From positions 2,147-66,146 of the forward strand of contig JAZOOD010000067.1 in assembly GCA_045654805.1 (NCBI GenBank): 64,000 nucleotides of DNA, in the 5' to 3' direction. The notes beneath the pieces were generated by a model. The model was not told where the DNA came from. It saw nothing but the letters and a program-made list of their open reading frames with translations, and did not search any database. The translations under genes were made by a program, and so were the position numbers. Positions 7,694 through 16,827 of this stretch are shown here, piece by piece; the first letter of the stretch is position 1, and each line of letters begins with the position of its first letter. The DNA comes from Clostridia bacterium. GTDB lineage: Bacteria; Bacillota; Clostridia; Monoglobales; Firm-18.

Positions 7694-8830
7694 ATGTTAG
7701 ATATATATTTTGATAACGGTGCTACAACACGCACTGACAAAAGGGTTGCGGATTTGATGTATAATGTTATGACATCATCTTACGGTAATCCATCATCTTT
7801 ACATTCAAAAGGACTTGAAGCAGAACATATTGTAAAAAATGCAAGAAAAATAATTGCTGATAAAATAAATTCAAATCCGGAAGAAATTATTTTTACAGCA
7901 AGTGGGTCTGAATCTAATAATCTTGCTCTTTTGGGGGTAGCAGATTTGTTTAGATTTAAAGGTGAAATTATAACATCGAAAATTGAGCACAAATGTGTAC
8001 TGGAATGTATGAAACGCCTTGAAAATAATGGATTTAAAATACATTATGTTGATGTAGATGAAAATGGGATAGTTAATGTTAATCAGCTTGAAAGACTTAT
8101 TAATGAAAAAACTCAGCTTGTAAGTATTATGCACGTTAATAATGAATGCGGAAGTATTCAGCCTATAAAGGAAATATATAATGTTATAAAAAGTAAAAAG
8201 ACTGATACTTTATTTCACACTGATAATATTCAGGGATTTTGCAAAATAGATTTAGATTGTGAATATTGCGATATGATGAGTATTTCTGCACATAAAATTC
8301 ACGGTCCAAAGGGTATTGGCGCTTTGTATGTAAAAAAGGGAATCAGGCTATCTCCAGTAATATATGGTGGCGGTCAAGAAAATGGTTTGAGAGGCGGTAC
8401 CGAAAATGTGCCTGCCATTGCCGGATTTGGAAGGGCAATTGAGGTTTTTGAAAAAAATAATGATAACTTGCTTAATATTAAAAAATATATTACTAAACGA
8501 ACTACAGAAGAAATACCTCAAATTTATATTAATGGAGATGTTTACAACTCATCACCATATATTTTAAGTATTGCAATGATAGGATTAAGGTCAGAAATCA
8601 TATTACATTCGTTGGAGCAAAGAGGTATTTTCGTTTCATCAGGCTCGGCTTGTTCTTCCAACAAACCATCTCCAAGTCACGTTCTTACAGCAATGGGATA
8701 TAAGCCTGAAAGGGTTGATAGTAGTATTCGTATAAGTTTCAATAGTGAAAATACAATGGAAGAAGCAGAGATATTTTGTGATGTACTTGCAGATATTGCA
8801 CGAATTAATAAAAAGGTAAGGAGAATATAA
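7694..8830 (+). CDS. nifS: Cysteine desulfurase (NifS/IscS class V aminotransferase)
   Basis: IYFDNGATT N-terminus, SAHKIHGPKG PLP-lysine motif, SSGSACSS active-site Cys loop. Start is ATG 7694 or 7685 (ambiguous). Confidence 0.85.
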   Translation: MLDIYFDNGATTRTDKRVADLMYNVMTSSYGNPSSLHSKGLEAEHIVKNARKIIADKINSNPEEIIFTASGSESNNLALLGVADLFRFKGEIITSKIEHKCVLECMKRLENNGFKIHYVDVDENGIVNVNQLERLINEKTQLVSIMHVNNECGSIQPIKEIYNVIKSKKTDTLFHTDNIQGFCKIDLDCEYCDMMSISAHKIHGPKGIGALYVKKGIRLSPVIYGGGQENGLRGGTENVPAIAGFGRAIEVFEKNNDNLLNIKKYITKRTTEEIPQIYINGDVYNSSPYILSIAMIGLRSEIILHSLEQRGIFVSSGSACSSNKPSPSHVLTAMGYKPERVDSSIRISFNSENTMEEAEIFCDVLADIARINKKVRRI

Positions 8831-9996
8831 TGGATAAAATAATTCTTTTAAAATACGGCGAAATAATTCTTAAGGGACTTAACAGACCAAGATTTGAAAA
8901 GATATTGGTGGAAAACATTTCACAGTATATTGATAAAACTAAAGTTAAGGTATGGAGAGCACAGGCTACAATTTATGTAGAGCCTTTAACAGATGATATA
9001 GATATGCAAAAGCTTGCTGAGAAGTTATCAAAGGTTTTTGGTATAGTTGCAGTAGCGCTTGCTGATGTAGTTCCAAAAGATATTGAAGCAATATGCAAAA
9101 AGGCAGCTGAGGTTGCTTTACGCACTAAGGGGAATACGTTTAAAGTAGAGGCTAAACGTGCTGATAAAAAATTCCCTTACAAGTCGCCTGAAATATGTAT
9201 GCAGGCAGGCGGGTATGTTCTTTCTAAAAATCATAATTTGAAAGTTGATGTTCATAATCCGGATTTTACAATTAATGTTGAAATAAGAGATTTTGCTGCA
9301 TATGTATATGCTGAAAAAATTCACGGAGTAGGAGGTATGCCTATAGGTACAAACGGAAAGGCTACTTTACTTCTTTCCGGAGGTATTGACAGCCCTGTTG
9401 CGGGATATATGATTGCAAAACGCGGTGTTGAGTTAAATGCTGTTCATTTTTATAGTTATCCTTATACAAGTGAAAGGGCAAAGGAAAAGGTGCTTGATTT
9501 GGCACAGATTCTTGCAGATTATTGTGGTGAAATTAAGGTGCATATTGTACCCTTTACTGAAATTCAGCTTGCTATTAATGATAAATGTCCTGAGGAGCAA
9601 ATGACAGTTATAATGAGACGTATCATGATGCAGATTTCAGATAAAATAGCATCTGAAACAGGTTCATATGCACTTATTACAGGTGAGAGTATCGGGCAGG
9701 TAGCATCACAAACAATTCAGGCACTTTCGGTTACTAATGCTGTTGTCAATATGCCTGTCTTCAGACCTCTTATAGGTATGGATAAGGATGAAATTATCCG
9801 GATTTCAAGAAAAATTGGTACATTTGAAACTTCAATATTGCCTTATGAAGATTGTTGTACGGTATTTACTCCAAAACATCCAACAACTAAGCCTAATATC
9901 GAACGCATAATGCAGAGCGAAAGTAAACTGGATATTGAAACAATGGTTAAAACTGCAATGGAAAATATTGAGACTGTAACATTACGCAGAAAATAG
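8830..9996 (+). CDS. thiI: tRNA 4-thiouridine synthase ThiI
   Basis: ILLKYGEIILKG ferredoxin-like/THUMP N-terminus and LLSGGIDSPVA PP-loop; start overlaps the nifS stop (TAATG). Confidence 0.9.
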   Translation: MDKIILLKYGEIILKGLNRPRFEKILVENISQYIDKTKVKVWRAQATIYVEPLTDDIDMQKLAEKLSKVFGIVAVALADVVPKDIEAICKKAAEVALRTKGNTFKVEAKRADKKFPYKSPEICMQAGGYVLSKNHNLKVDVHNPDFTINVEIRDFAAYVYAEKIHGVGGMPIGTNGKATLLLSGGIDSPVAGYMIAKRGVELNAVHFYSYPYTSERAKEKVLDLAQILADYCGEIKVHIVPFTEIQLAINDKCPEEQMTVIMRRIMMQISDKIASETGSYALITGESIGQVASQTIQALSVTNAVVNMPVFRPLIGMDKDEIIRISRKIGTFETSILPYEDCCTVFTPKHPTTKPNIERIMQSESKLDIETMVKTAMENIETVTLRRK

Positions 9997-10046
9997 CTGT
10001 CCGTTTTATGACACAGTTAAAAATGTATTATAAAGGTGAACTTTAA

Positions 10047-10517
10047 ATGGATAAATTGTTTGAACTTTTACAAAAAAATAATCTTACAATTTCAACTGCG
10101 GAGAGTTGCACAGGAGGTATGATTGCTTCTGCAATTACAGATGTAAGCGGGTCTTCAAACTTTTTTGGTATGGGAGTTGTAACATATTCCAACGATGCTA
10201 AGATGAAGCTTATTGGAGTAGGTAAGGAAACTCTTGATAAATTTGGTGCAGTAAGTGAACAGACTGCAAAACAGATGGCAGAGGGAGTGTTAAAGCTTGC
10301 TGACAGTGATATTTCTGTTGCAGTTACAGGTATTGCAGGACCCACAGGTGGTACTGTTGAAAAGCCTGTTGGCTTGGTTTATATCGGTGTTTCCGGCAGA
10401 TATGGAACTTTCGTATATAAAAACAATTTTGACGGCACCAGAGACGATGTACGCAGACAAACTGTTTACCGTGCATTTGAGCTTATGTGTGACTACATTT
10501 ACAAATTTTATGGTTGA
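10047..10517 (+). CDS. pncC: CinA C-terminal-domain protein / nicotinamide-nucleotide amidohydrolase PncC
   Basis: TAESCTGG motif and VAVTGIAGP..G...KPVGLVYIG motifs; classical position upstream of recA. Confidence 0.8.
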   Translation: MDKLFELLQKNNLTISTAESCTGGMIASAITDVSGSSNFFGMGVVTYSNDAKMKLIGVGKETLDKFGAVSEQTAKQMAEGVLKLADSDISVAVTGIAGPTGGTVEKPVGLVYIGVSGRYGTFVYKNNFDGTRDDVRRQTVYRAFELMCDYIYKFYG

Positions 10518-10582
10518 TTTTTTTGTCGATTTAAAGTATTATATTGTTAGTGAATTTTTTAAATTCAGAAAGGATGTTTACT

Positions 10583-11608
10583 ATGGACGAAAATAAGAAA
10601 AAGGCCCTTGAGGTTACCTTTGCACAAATTGAAAAACAGTTTGGTAAAGGCTCAATTATGAGGTTGGGTGAAAATACTCACCTTGATGTTGAAGCTATAT
10701 CTACAGGTTCACTTTCTCTGGACCTTGCTTTGGGTATAGGTGGTATTCCAAAGGGTAGAATTATTGAAATATACGGACCCGAATCTTCGGGTAAAACTAC
10801 TGTTGCCTTGCATGTTGTTGCTGAAGTACAAAAAAACGGCGGTGTTGCTGCGTTTATCGATGCTGAACACGCTTTGGACCCTAAATATTCTTCTGCTTTA
10901 GGTGTTAATGTAGATGAACTTATAGTTTCACAGCCGGATACCGGTGAGCAGGCACTTGATATTGCAGAACATCTTGTGCGTAGCGGTGCAGTTGATGTTA
11001 TTGTTGTAGACTCTGTTGCTGCATTGGTACCAAAACAGGAAATTGAAGGCGAAATGGGCGACGCTCATATGGGTCTTCAGGCAAGACTTATGTCTCAGGC
11101 ATTACGTAAATTAAGTGGAATTATTAATAAGTCAAACTGTACTATGATTTTCATTAATCAGTTAAGACAAAAAATTGGTGTGGTATATGGTAATCCGGAA
11201 ACTACAACAGGTGGTAATGCACTTAAATTCTATGCTTCTGTACGTATCGATATAAGACGTGTTGAAACTTTAAAATCAGGCACTGAAATGATTGGTAACA
11301 GAACACGTGCAAAAATTGTTAAAAACAAAGTGGCTCCACCTTTTAAAACTGCTGAATTTGATATTATGTACGGTAAGGGTATCTCCAGAATAGGTGATAT
11401 ATTGGATATAGGTGCCAATCTTGACATTATTACAAAAGGCGGTTCCTGGTATAGCTATAATGATACTAAAATCGGTCAGGGCAGAGATAATGCAAAGAAT
11501 TATTTATTGGAAAACCCTGAGATTGCTAAGGAAATTGAAGCAAAAATCCGTGCTAAGGTTGCTGGAGATAACAGCCTGATAGAAACTGAAATAAGCGACG
11601 ATGAATAA
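10583..11608 (+). CDS. recA: Recombinase RecA
   Basis: GPESSGKTT Walker A and canonical RecA sequence throughout; start set to ATG 10583 (GAAAGGA RBS). Confidence 0.97.
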   Translation: MDENKKKALEVTFAQIEKQFGKGSIMRLGENTHLDVEAISTGSLSLDLALGIGGIPKGRIIEIYGPESSGKTTVALHVVAEVQKNGGVAAFIDAEHALDPKYSSALGVNVDELIVSQPDTGEQALDIAEHLVRSGAVDVIVVDSVAALVPKQEIEGEMGDAHMGLQARLMSQALRKLSGIINKSNCTMIFINQLRQKIGVVYGNPETTTGGNALKFYASVRIDIRRVETLKSGTEMIGNRTRAKIVKNKVAPPFKTAEFDIMYGKGISRIGDILDIGANLDIITKGGSWYSYNDTKIGQGRDNAKNYLLENPEIAKEIEAKIRAKVAGDNSLIETEISDDE

Positions 11609-12080
11609 TTTTAGCAACGATTTTTCAAGATGCAAGGATTGTGCATTTTATTTCATAAACAAACGTCGTCATACAAAAAAAGAACTTATAAATAAGCTTG
11701 TAAAAAAAGAGTATGATATTAGTGTAGTACAAGAGGTTGCTGACTATCTTGAGGAAGCCGGGTACATAGATGATGCGGATTATGCAAGGAGATTTATTCT
11801 TGATGCTGTTAATCTAAAAAAACACGGGTTTGTAAGGATTAAACGTGATTTGCTTATAAAAGGTGTAGATAGGTCGGTAATTGACGATGTTGTATATGAT
11901 TTGAATCTTGACACAAACTTTGTTCTTGGGTACCTTATTGAAAGTAAAGGCTCTAATATGGACTTGACTGATGAAAAGAATGTCAATAGGCTAAAGGGAT
12001 TTTTGTTAAGGCGTGGCTTTAATTATAGTGATATAAATAATGCTTTGTACGAATATCGTAATAAAAAGGAGAATATCTAA
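11601..12080 (+). CDS. recX: RecA regulator RecX
   Basis: 159 aa, overlaps the recA stop by 8 nt, with repeated helical YIDD..YA..F pattern typical of RecX. Confidence 0.75.
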   Translation: MNNFSNDFSRCKDCAFYFINKRRHTKKELINKLVKKEYDISVVQEVADYLEEAGYIDDADYARRFILDAVNLKKHGFVRIKRDLLIKGVDRSVIDDVVYDLNLDTNFVLGYLIESKGSNMDLTDEKNVNRLKGFLLRRGFNYSDINNALYEYRNKKENI

Positions 12081-13397
12081 TTGGAAAAAATAGCTTTTGT
12101 GTCTCTTGGTTGTCCAAAAAACCTTGTTGATACTGAATATATGCTTGGTGCCTTGTCATCCGAAGGATATGAATTTACTGAGGATGAAAGTATAGCAGAT
12201 ATAATTATTGTAAATACCTGTTGTTTTATAAATGATGCAAAACAGGAATCTATTGATACAATTATAGATGTTGGACAGTGGAAGGAAACCGGCAATTGCA
12301 AAAGGTTAATTGTTACGGGTTGTCTTGCACAAAGATATAAGGATGAAATAATAAAAGAACTTCCTGAGGTAGATGCAGTTGTTGGTGTTGGAGATGTTGA
12401 TGGGGTTCTAAATGCAGTAAAATCTAATGAAATAATAGTCGATTGCAATAAACCCTATTGTCTTGAAAATAATTATTTCAGACTGCTATCTACTCCGCCT
12501 TATGTAGCATACCTGAAGGTCTCCGATGGTTGCGATAATCATTGTACTTATTGCGTAATACCTTCAATCAGAGGTAAATTGCAGAGTAAAAAAATTGAAG
12601 ATTGTGTAAAAGAGGCTGAAGAACTTGTAGAAAAAGGAGTTTTTGAGCTAGTTTTGTTGGCACAGGATCTTACTAATTATGGTAAAGATTTATATGGAAC
12701 TCCAAAGCTTGTTGAACTTCTAAAAGAACTTGGTAAAATAAATGGTCTTAAATGGATAAGGCTTCTTTATTGTTACCCCGAAAGCATTACTGACGAATTA
12801 ATAGATGAAATTGCAAATAATGAAAAAGTTTGTAAGTATATTGATATTCCTATTCAGCATTGCAATGATGAGATTTTGAAGAAAATGGGACGCAGAGGTA
12901 ATAAGGAAACTATAATTTCTGTTGTAAATAAGCTTCGCAGTAAAATTCCTGATATTACAATACGTACTACATTGATAACAGGCTTCCCCGGAGAAACTGA
13001 TGAACAGTATCTTGAAATGGAAAATTTTATTCACGAAATGAAATTTGACCGTTTGGGAGTTTTTGCTTATTCACAGGAAGAGGATACCCCTGCTGCAAAT
13101 ATGCCTGGCCAGATTGAAGAAGATATTAAGCAACGCAGACAGGAAATGTTGATGCTTGCACAAAGTGATGTTGTTGAAGAAAAGTCGATGGAAAAGGTAG
13201 GAAGTGTCATTGAAGTCCTTGTTGAAGGTTATGATGCTGTCACAAAGCAACACTTTGGCCGTAGTCAGGCGGATACTATGGATATTGATGCAAAAATTTT
13301 CTTTGAATCCAAAAAAAGATTGGACGAGGGAGCTTTTGTTAATGTAAAAATTGAAGGTTTTTTTGATTATGATTTAATAGGAACATCAGAGGAGTGA
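12081..13397 (+). CDS. rimO: Ribosomal protein S12 methylthiotransferase RimO
   Basis: MTTase N-domain (SLGCPKN), radical SAM CxxxCxxC (CDNHCTYC), C-terminal TRAM; TTG start with GGAG RBS. Confidence 0.9.
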   Translation: MEKIAFVSLGCPKNLVDTEYMLGALSSEGYEFTEDESIADIIIVNTCCFINDAKQESIDTIIDVGQWKETGNCKRLIVTGCLAQRYKDEIIKELPEVDAVVGVGDVDGVLNAVKSNEIIVDCNKPYCLENNYFRLLSTPPYVAYLKVSDGCDNHCTYCVIPSIRGKLQSKKIEDCVKEAEELVEKGVFELVLLAQDLTNYGKDLYGTPKLVELLKELGKINGLKWIRLLYCYPESITDELIDEIANNEKVCKYIDIPIQHCNDEILKKMGRRGNKETIISVVNKLRSKIPDITIRTTLITGFPGETDEQYLEMENFIHEMKFDRLGVFAYSQEEDTPAANMPGQIEEDIKQRRQEMLMLAQSDVVEEKSMEKVGSVIEVLVEGYDAVTKQHFGRSQADTMDIDAKIFFESKKRLDEGAFVNVKIEGFFDYDLIGTSEE

Positions 13398-13401
13398 TTA
13401 T

Positions 13402-13968
13402 ATGAATTTGCCTAATAAATTAACAATTTTGAGAATAATATTGGTACCTGTATTTTTGATATTACTTCTTAATTTTAATATGTTTGCGGTTTCGGGTTTT
13501 GTATTTGTTATTGCATCCTTAACTGATTTGGCAGATGGTAAAATTGCACGTAAATATAATTTGGTTACAAATTTTGGTAAATTTGCCGACCCTCTTGCCG
13601 ATAAACTTTTGGTGTGTGCTGCTTTAATTGCACTTTGTGCTTTAGGTAGGCTTGGCAATCCTGTACTTGGTGCATGGGCTACATTTATTATTATTTCAAG
13701 GGAATTTATGGTTACAGGTATAAGACTTGTTGCGGCTGCAGAGGGCAAGGTTATTGCAGCGGGTATGTCAGGTAAAATAAAAACAACTGTACAGATGATA
13801 ACTATTGTATTTATATTGTTCTCTGATTTAATTGTTACATTAGGTTTACCGGCGATTATATCTGGTATTCTTTCAAATATTTTAGTAATCGCCTCTGTAA
13901 TAATGACTGTTTATTCAGGTGTTGAATATATGATTCAAAATAAATCTTTATTGAATACAAATAAATAA
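13402..13968 (+). CDS. pgsA: CDP-diacylglycerol--glycerol-3-phosphate 3-phosphatidyltransferase
   Basis: CDP-alcohol phosphotransferase motif D..DG..AR....T..G...DP.ADK; membrane protein. Confidence 0.9.
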   Translation: MNLPNKLTILRIILVPVFLILLLNFNMFAVSGFVFVIASLTDLADGKIARKYNLVTNFGKFADPLADKLLVCAALIALCALGRLGNPVLGAWATFIIISREFMVTGIRLVAAAEGKVIAAGMSGKIKTTVQMITIVFILFSDLIVTLGLPAIISGILSNILVIASVIMTVYSGVEYMIQNKSLLNTNK

Positions 13969-13981
13969 AAGGAGAAAGAAT

Positions 13982-14977
13982 ATGACTCGTATAATAGTGG
14001 ATGCTATGGGAGGAGATAATGCTCCTAAGGCTATTGTTGACGGTTGTCTTAAGGCTGTTGCCGATTTTGATATTAAAATAACTCTCGTTGGTAAAGAGGA
14101 ACTTATTAATCCGTGCCTTGGTGAATACAGCGGTGATAGGATTGATGTAGTTAATGCTACAGATATTATAACCAATGACGATGACCCTGCAAGGGCTGTC
14201 AGAAGAAAAAAGGAATCGTCAATAGTAGTAGCAATGAATATGCTTGCTGAAGGAAAAGGGGACGCTTTTGTTTCCGCAGGAAGTACTGGTGCCGTTGTTA
14301 GTGGTGCAACATTGATCGTTAAAAGAATAAAAGGAGTACGCAGAGTAGCAATAGGAACTGTTTTCCCTACACCAAATAAACCAACCTTGGTATTGGATTG
14401 TGGTGCTAATGCAGATTGTACTTCGGAATTTTTGCAACAATTTGCAATTATGGGAAATGCCTATATGCAGGCTGTGTATGGTATAGATAATCCTACAGTT
14501 GGTCTTTTAAATAATGGTGCAGAGGAACATAAGGGGAGCACTATGTATAAGGAAACATATCAACTGCTTAAGGTTATGGATATTAATTTTATTGGAAATG
14601 TTGAGGGTAGAGATATTTTCAGCAGTGTTGCTGATGTGGTTGTTTCAGACGGATTTGCAGGTAATATTCTTTTGAAAACTACAGAGGGAACTGCATCCTT
14701 TTTCAGTAAAAAACTAAAAGAAATGTTTACTGAAAGTTTTGTTACAAAGCTGTGTGCCTTGATTTTGGAAAAAGGTATAAAGAAGATGAAATCAAGCTTT
14801 GATTATACAGAACATGGTGGCGCACCTATTTTGGGAGCACAAAAAGTTGTTATAAAAGCACACGGTAGTTCTAATGAAAAAGCATTTTATAATGCTGTAA
14901 GACAGGCAAAACACTTTTATGAAAACGGTGTAATCGAAGCAATTAATAATAATCTTCAAAAACCACTTGACGAATAG
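13982..14977 (+). CDS. plsX: Phosphate acyltransferase PlsX
   Basis: VDAMGGDNAP N-terminus and overall PlsX similarity; upstream of acpP. Confidence 0.92.
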   Translation: MTRIIVDAMGGDNAPKAIVDGCLKAVADFDIKITLVGKEELINPCLGEYSGDRIDVVNATDIITNDDDPARAVRRKKESSIVVAMNMLAEGKGDAFVSAGSTGAVVSGATLIVKRIKGVRRVAIGTVFPTPNKPTLVLDCGANADCTSEFLQQFAIMGNAYMQAVYGIDNPTVGLLNNGAEEHKGSTMYKETYQLLKVMDINFIGNVEGRDIFSSVADVVVSDGFAGNILLKTTEGTASFFSKKLKEMFTESFVTKLCALILEKGIKKMKSSFDYTEHGGAPILGAQKVVIKAHGSSNEKAFYNAVRQAKHFYENGVIEAINNNLQKPLDE

Positions 14978-15068
14978 ATGTATAATGGTATATTATATTA
15001 CAGTAAGAGTACATATATATGGCGTAGACATTAAGTAGCAAACCGCCTTAGGAAAGGGAGATTATATT

Positions 15069-15296
15069 ATGGAACTTGAACAAGTAAAAAAAATTTTGGC
15101 AGAACAATTTTCAATGAGTGAAGATGATATCAATATGGATACTTCTTTTGTAGAAGATATTGGGGCAGATTCTTTGGATTTAGTTGAACTTGTTATGGCT
15201 CTTGAGCAAGAGTTTGACTTGGAAATTGATGATGAAGAAGTTGAAAACATTAAAACTGTTGGTGATGCAGTTCGTTATATCAAAGATAAAGCCTGA
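15069..15296 (+). CDS. acpP: Acyl carrier protein
   Basis: 75 aa with the [14 protein letters not shown] phosphopantetheine-Ser motif. Confidence 0.95.
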   Translation: MELEQVKKILAEQFSMSEDDINMDTSFVEDIGADSLDLVELVMALEQEFDLEIDDEEVENIKTVGDAVRYIKDKA

Positions 15297-15315
15297 ATAA
15301 GGCTTTATCTTTTTT
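15285..15315 (+). terminator. Terminator/attenuator overlapping the acpP stop codon: GATAAAGCC-TGAATAA-GGCTTTATC-TTTTTT
   Basis: 9-bp perfect stem; the TGA stop lies in the loop; T6 tract; rnc starts 22 nt later. Confidence 0.7.
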
Positions 15316-15336
15316 ACAAAAAACGGAGGCTTTTTT

Positions 15337-16011
15337 ATGCAGAAGTTAATGCTCGATATAGGATATAAATTTAAAAATAAAGATTTGTTAAAAACTGCAC
15401 TTACACATAGTTCGTATGCTAATGAAAACAAAACCCAAAGTTATGAAAGATTAGAATTTTTAGGGGATAGCATACTTTCTTTTATTGTAAGCACCCATTT
15501 GTATGCTTCTAATGACAATATACCTGAAGGTGAAATGTCAAAATTACGAGCAGCAATAGTATGCGAAAAGTCTTTGGATGAGTGCGCCAAAAGATTAAAT
15601 TTTGGTGATTATTTAATTTTAAGTAAAGGCGAGGAATTAACAGGAGGTAGAACACGTGTTTCAATTCTTGCAGATGTTTTCGAAGCGGTGTTGGCTGCCA
15701 TTTATCTTGATTCTGATTTGAAGCAAGCAGAAAAATTTGTTATGTCACAATTGGGTGATGCTATTAAAAAAGCCCAAAACGGTATAGCGTTATATATGGA
15801 CTATAAGACTCAACTGCAAGAAATTGCTCAGTCAAGGGGATATAGTGTGGAGTATAAACATATAAAAGATGAGGGGCCGGCTCATAATAAAACATTTACT
15901 GTACAGGTAATCTACAATAATGATGTAATAGCCGAGGGTACGGGAAAGAGTAAAAAGGATGCCGAACAAAATGCAGCTATGTATGCAATAACAGAGGTAC
16001 AAAATGGCTAA
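15337..16011 (+). CDS. rnc: Ribonuclease III
   Basis: ERLEFLGDS catalytic signature and C-terminal dsRBD (GPAH.K.F...V..GTGKSKK.AEQ.AA). Confidence 0.95.
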   Translation: MQKLMLDIGYKFKNKDLLKTALTHSSYANENKTQSYERLEFLGDSILSFIVSTHLYASNDNIPEGEMSKLRAAIVCEKSLDECAKRLNFGDYLILSKGEELTGGRTRVSILADVFEAVLAAIYLDSDLKQAEKFVMSQLGDAIKKAQNGIALYMDYKTQLQEIAQSRGYSVEYKHIKDEGPAHNKTFTVQVIYNNDVIAEGTGKSKKDAEQNAAMYAITEVQNG

Positions 16012-16807
16012 GTTTAAAATTATACCCATATTTGTTCCTCATAAGGGATGTCCACATCAGTGCTCTTTTTGTAATCAAAAACATATAACCGGTCAATTGG
16101 AGGAAATGACACCAAAAAAGGCACGTGAAATTATTGAAAAGTATCTTACTACTATAGATACTAATAAATTCAGGACTGAAATAGCTTTTTACGGCGGTAG
16201 CTTTACTGCTATAGATATAGAATATCAAACTACTCTTTTGAAAATTGCATATGAATATATGCAAAAAGGATATGTAAAGGGAATTCGCTTGTCAACACGT
16301 CCGGATTGCATTAGTATTGATATTCTTGATAATTTAAAACAATATGGTGTTACTGAAATTGAACTTGGTGTTCAGTCAATGTGTAATGATGTTTTGTGTG
16401 CAAATAATCGTGGTCATAATGACGATGATGTAAAAAATGCTGTAAAGTTAATAAGAAAATATGACTTTTCTTTAGGACTTCAGCAAATGACAGGTCTTTA
16501 TAAAGATAGTGACGATGAAGATATATATACTGCAAAGGAAATATGTGCTTTGAAACCTGATTTTGTACGTATTTATCCGACATTAGTTTTTAATAACACC
16601 GATTTGGCTGAATACTATAAGGAAGGTTTATATAAACCGCACACCATTGAACATGCGGTTGAGTTATGTAAGAAATTAAAAGATATATATGATAAAAATA
16701 ATGTTAAAATTATAAGGCTCGGATTGCTTATGTCAGATGACGAAGCAAAAAACAACTTTTTGTCAGGACCGTATCATCCGAGATTTCGTGAACTTGTGGA
16801 AAAATAA
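16004..16807 (+). CDS. Radical SAM protein, Elp3-like radical SAM domain without acetyltransferase domain
   Basis: IFVPHKGCPHQCSFCNQ (CX3CX2C) at the N-terminus; 8-nt overlap with the rnc stop. Confidence 0.75.
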   Translation: MAKFKIIPIFVPHKGCPHQCSFCNQKHITGQLEEMTPKKAREIIEKYLTTIDTNKFRTEIAFYGGSFTAIDIEYQTTLLKIAYEYMQKGYVKGIRLSTRPDCISIDILDNLKQYGVTEIELGVQSMCNDVLCANNRGHNDDDVKNAVKLIRKYDFSLGLQQMTGLYKDSDDEDIYTAKEICALKPDFVRIYPTLVFNNTDLAEYYKEGLYKPHTIEHAVELCKKLKDIYDKNNVKIIRLGLLMSDDEAKNNFLSGPYHPRFRELVEK

Positions 16808-16827
16808 GTTTATTTTGGAGGTAAAAA

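Noticed and set aside
9997-10582. LexA/Cheo (GAAC-N4-GTTC) SOS box upstream of cinA or recA
   Set aside because: Reading both short intergenic regions (9997-10046 and 10518-10582) gave only GAACTTTAAATG, with no GTTC or GTTT partner at the right spacing. No credible SOS box is visible.
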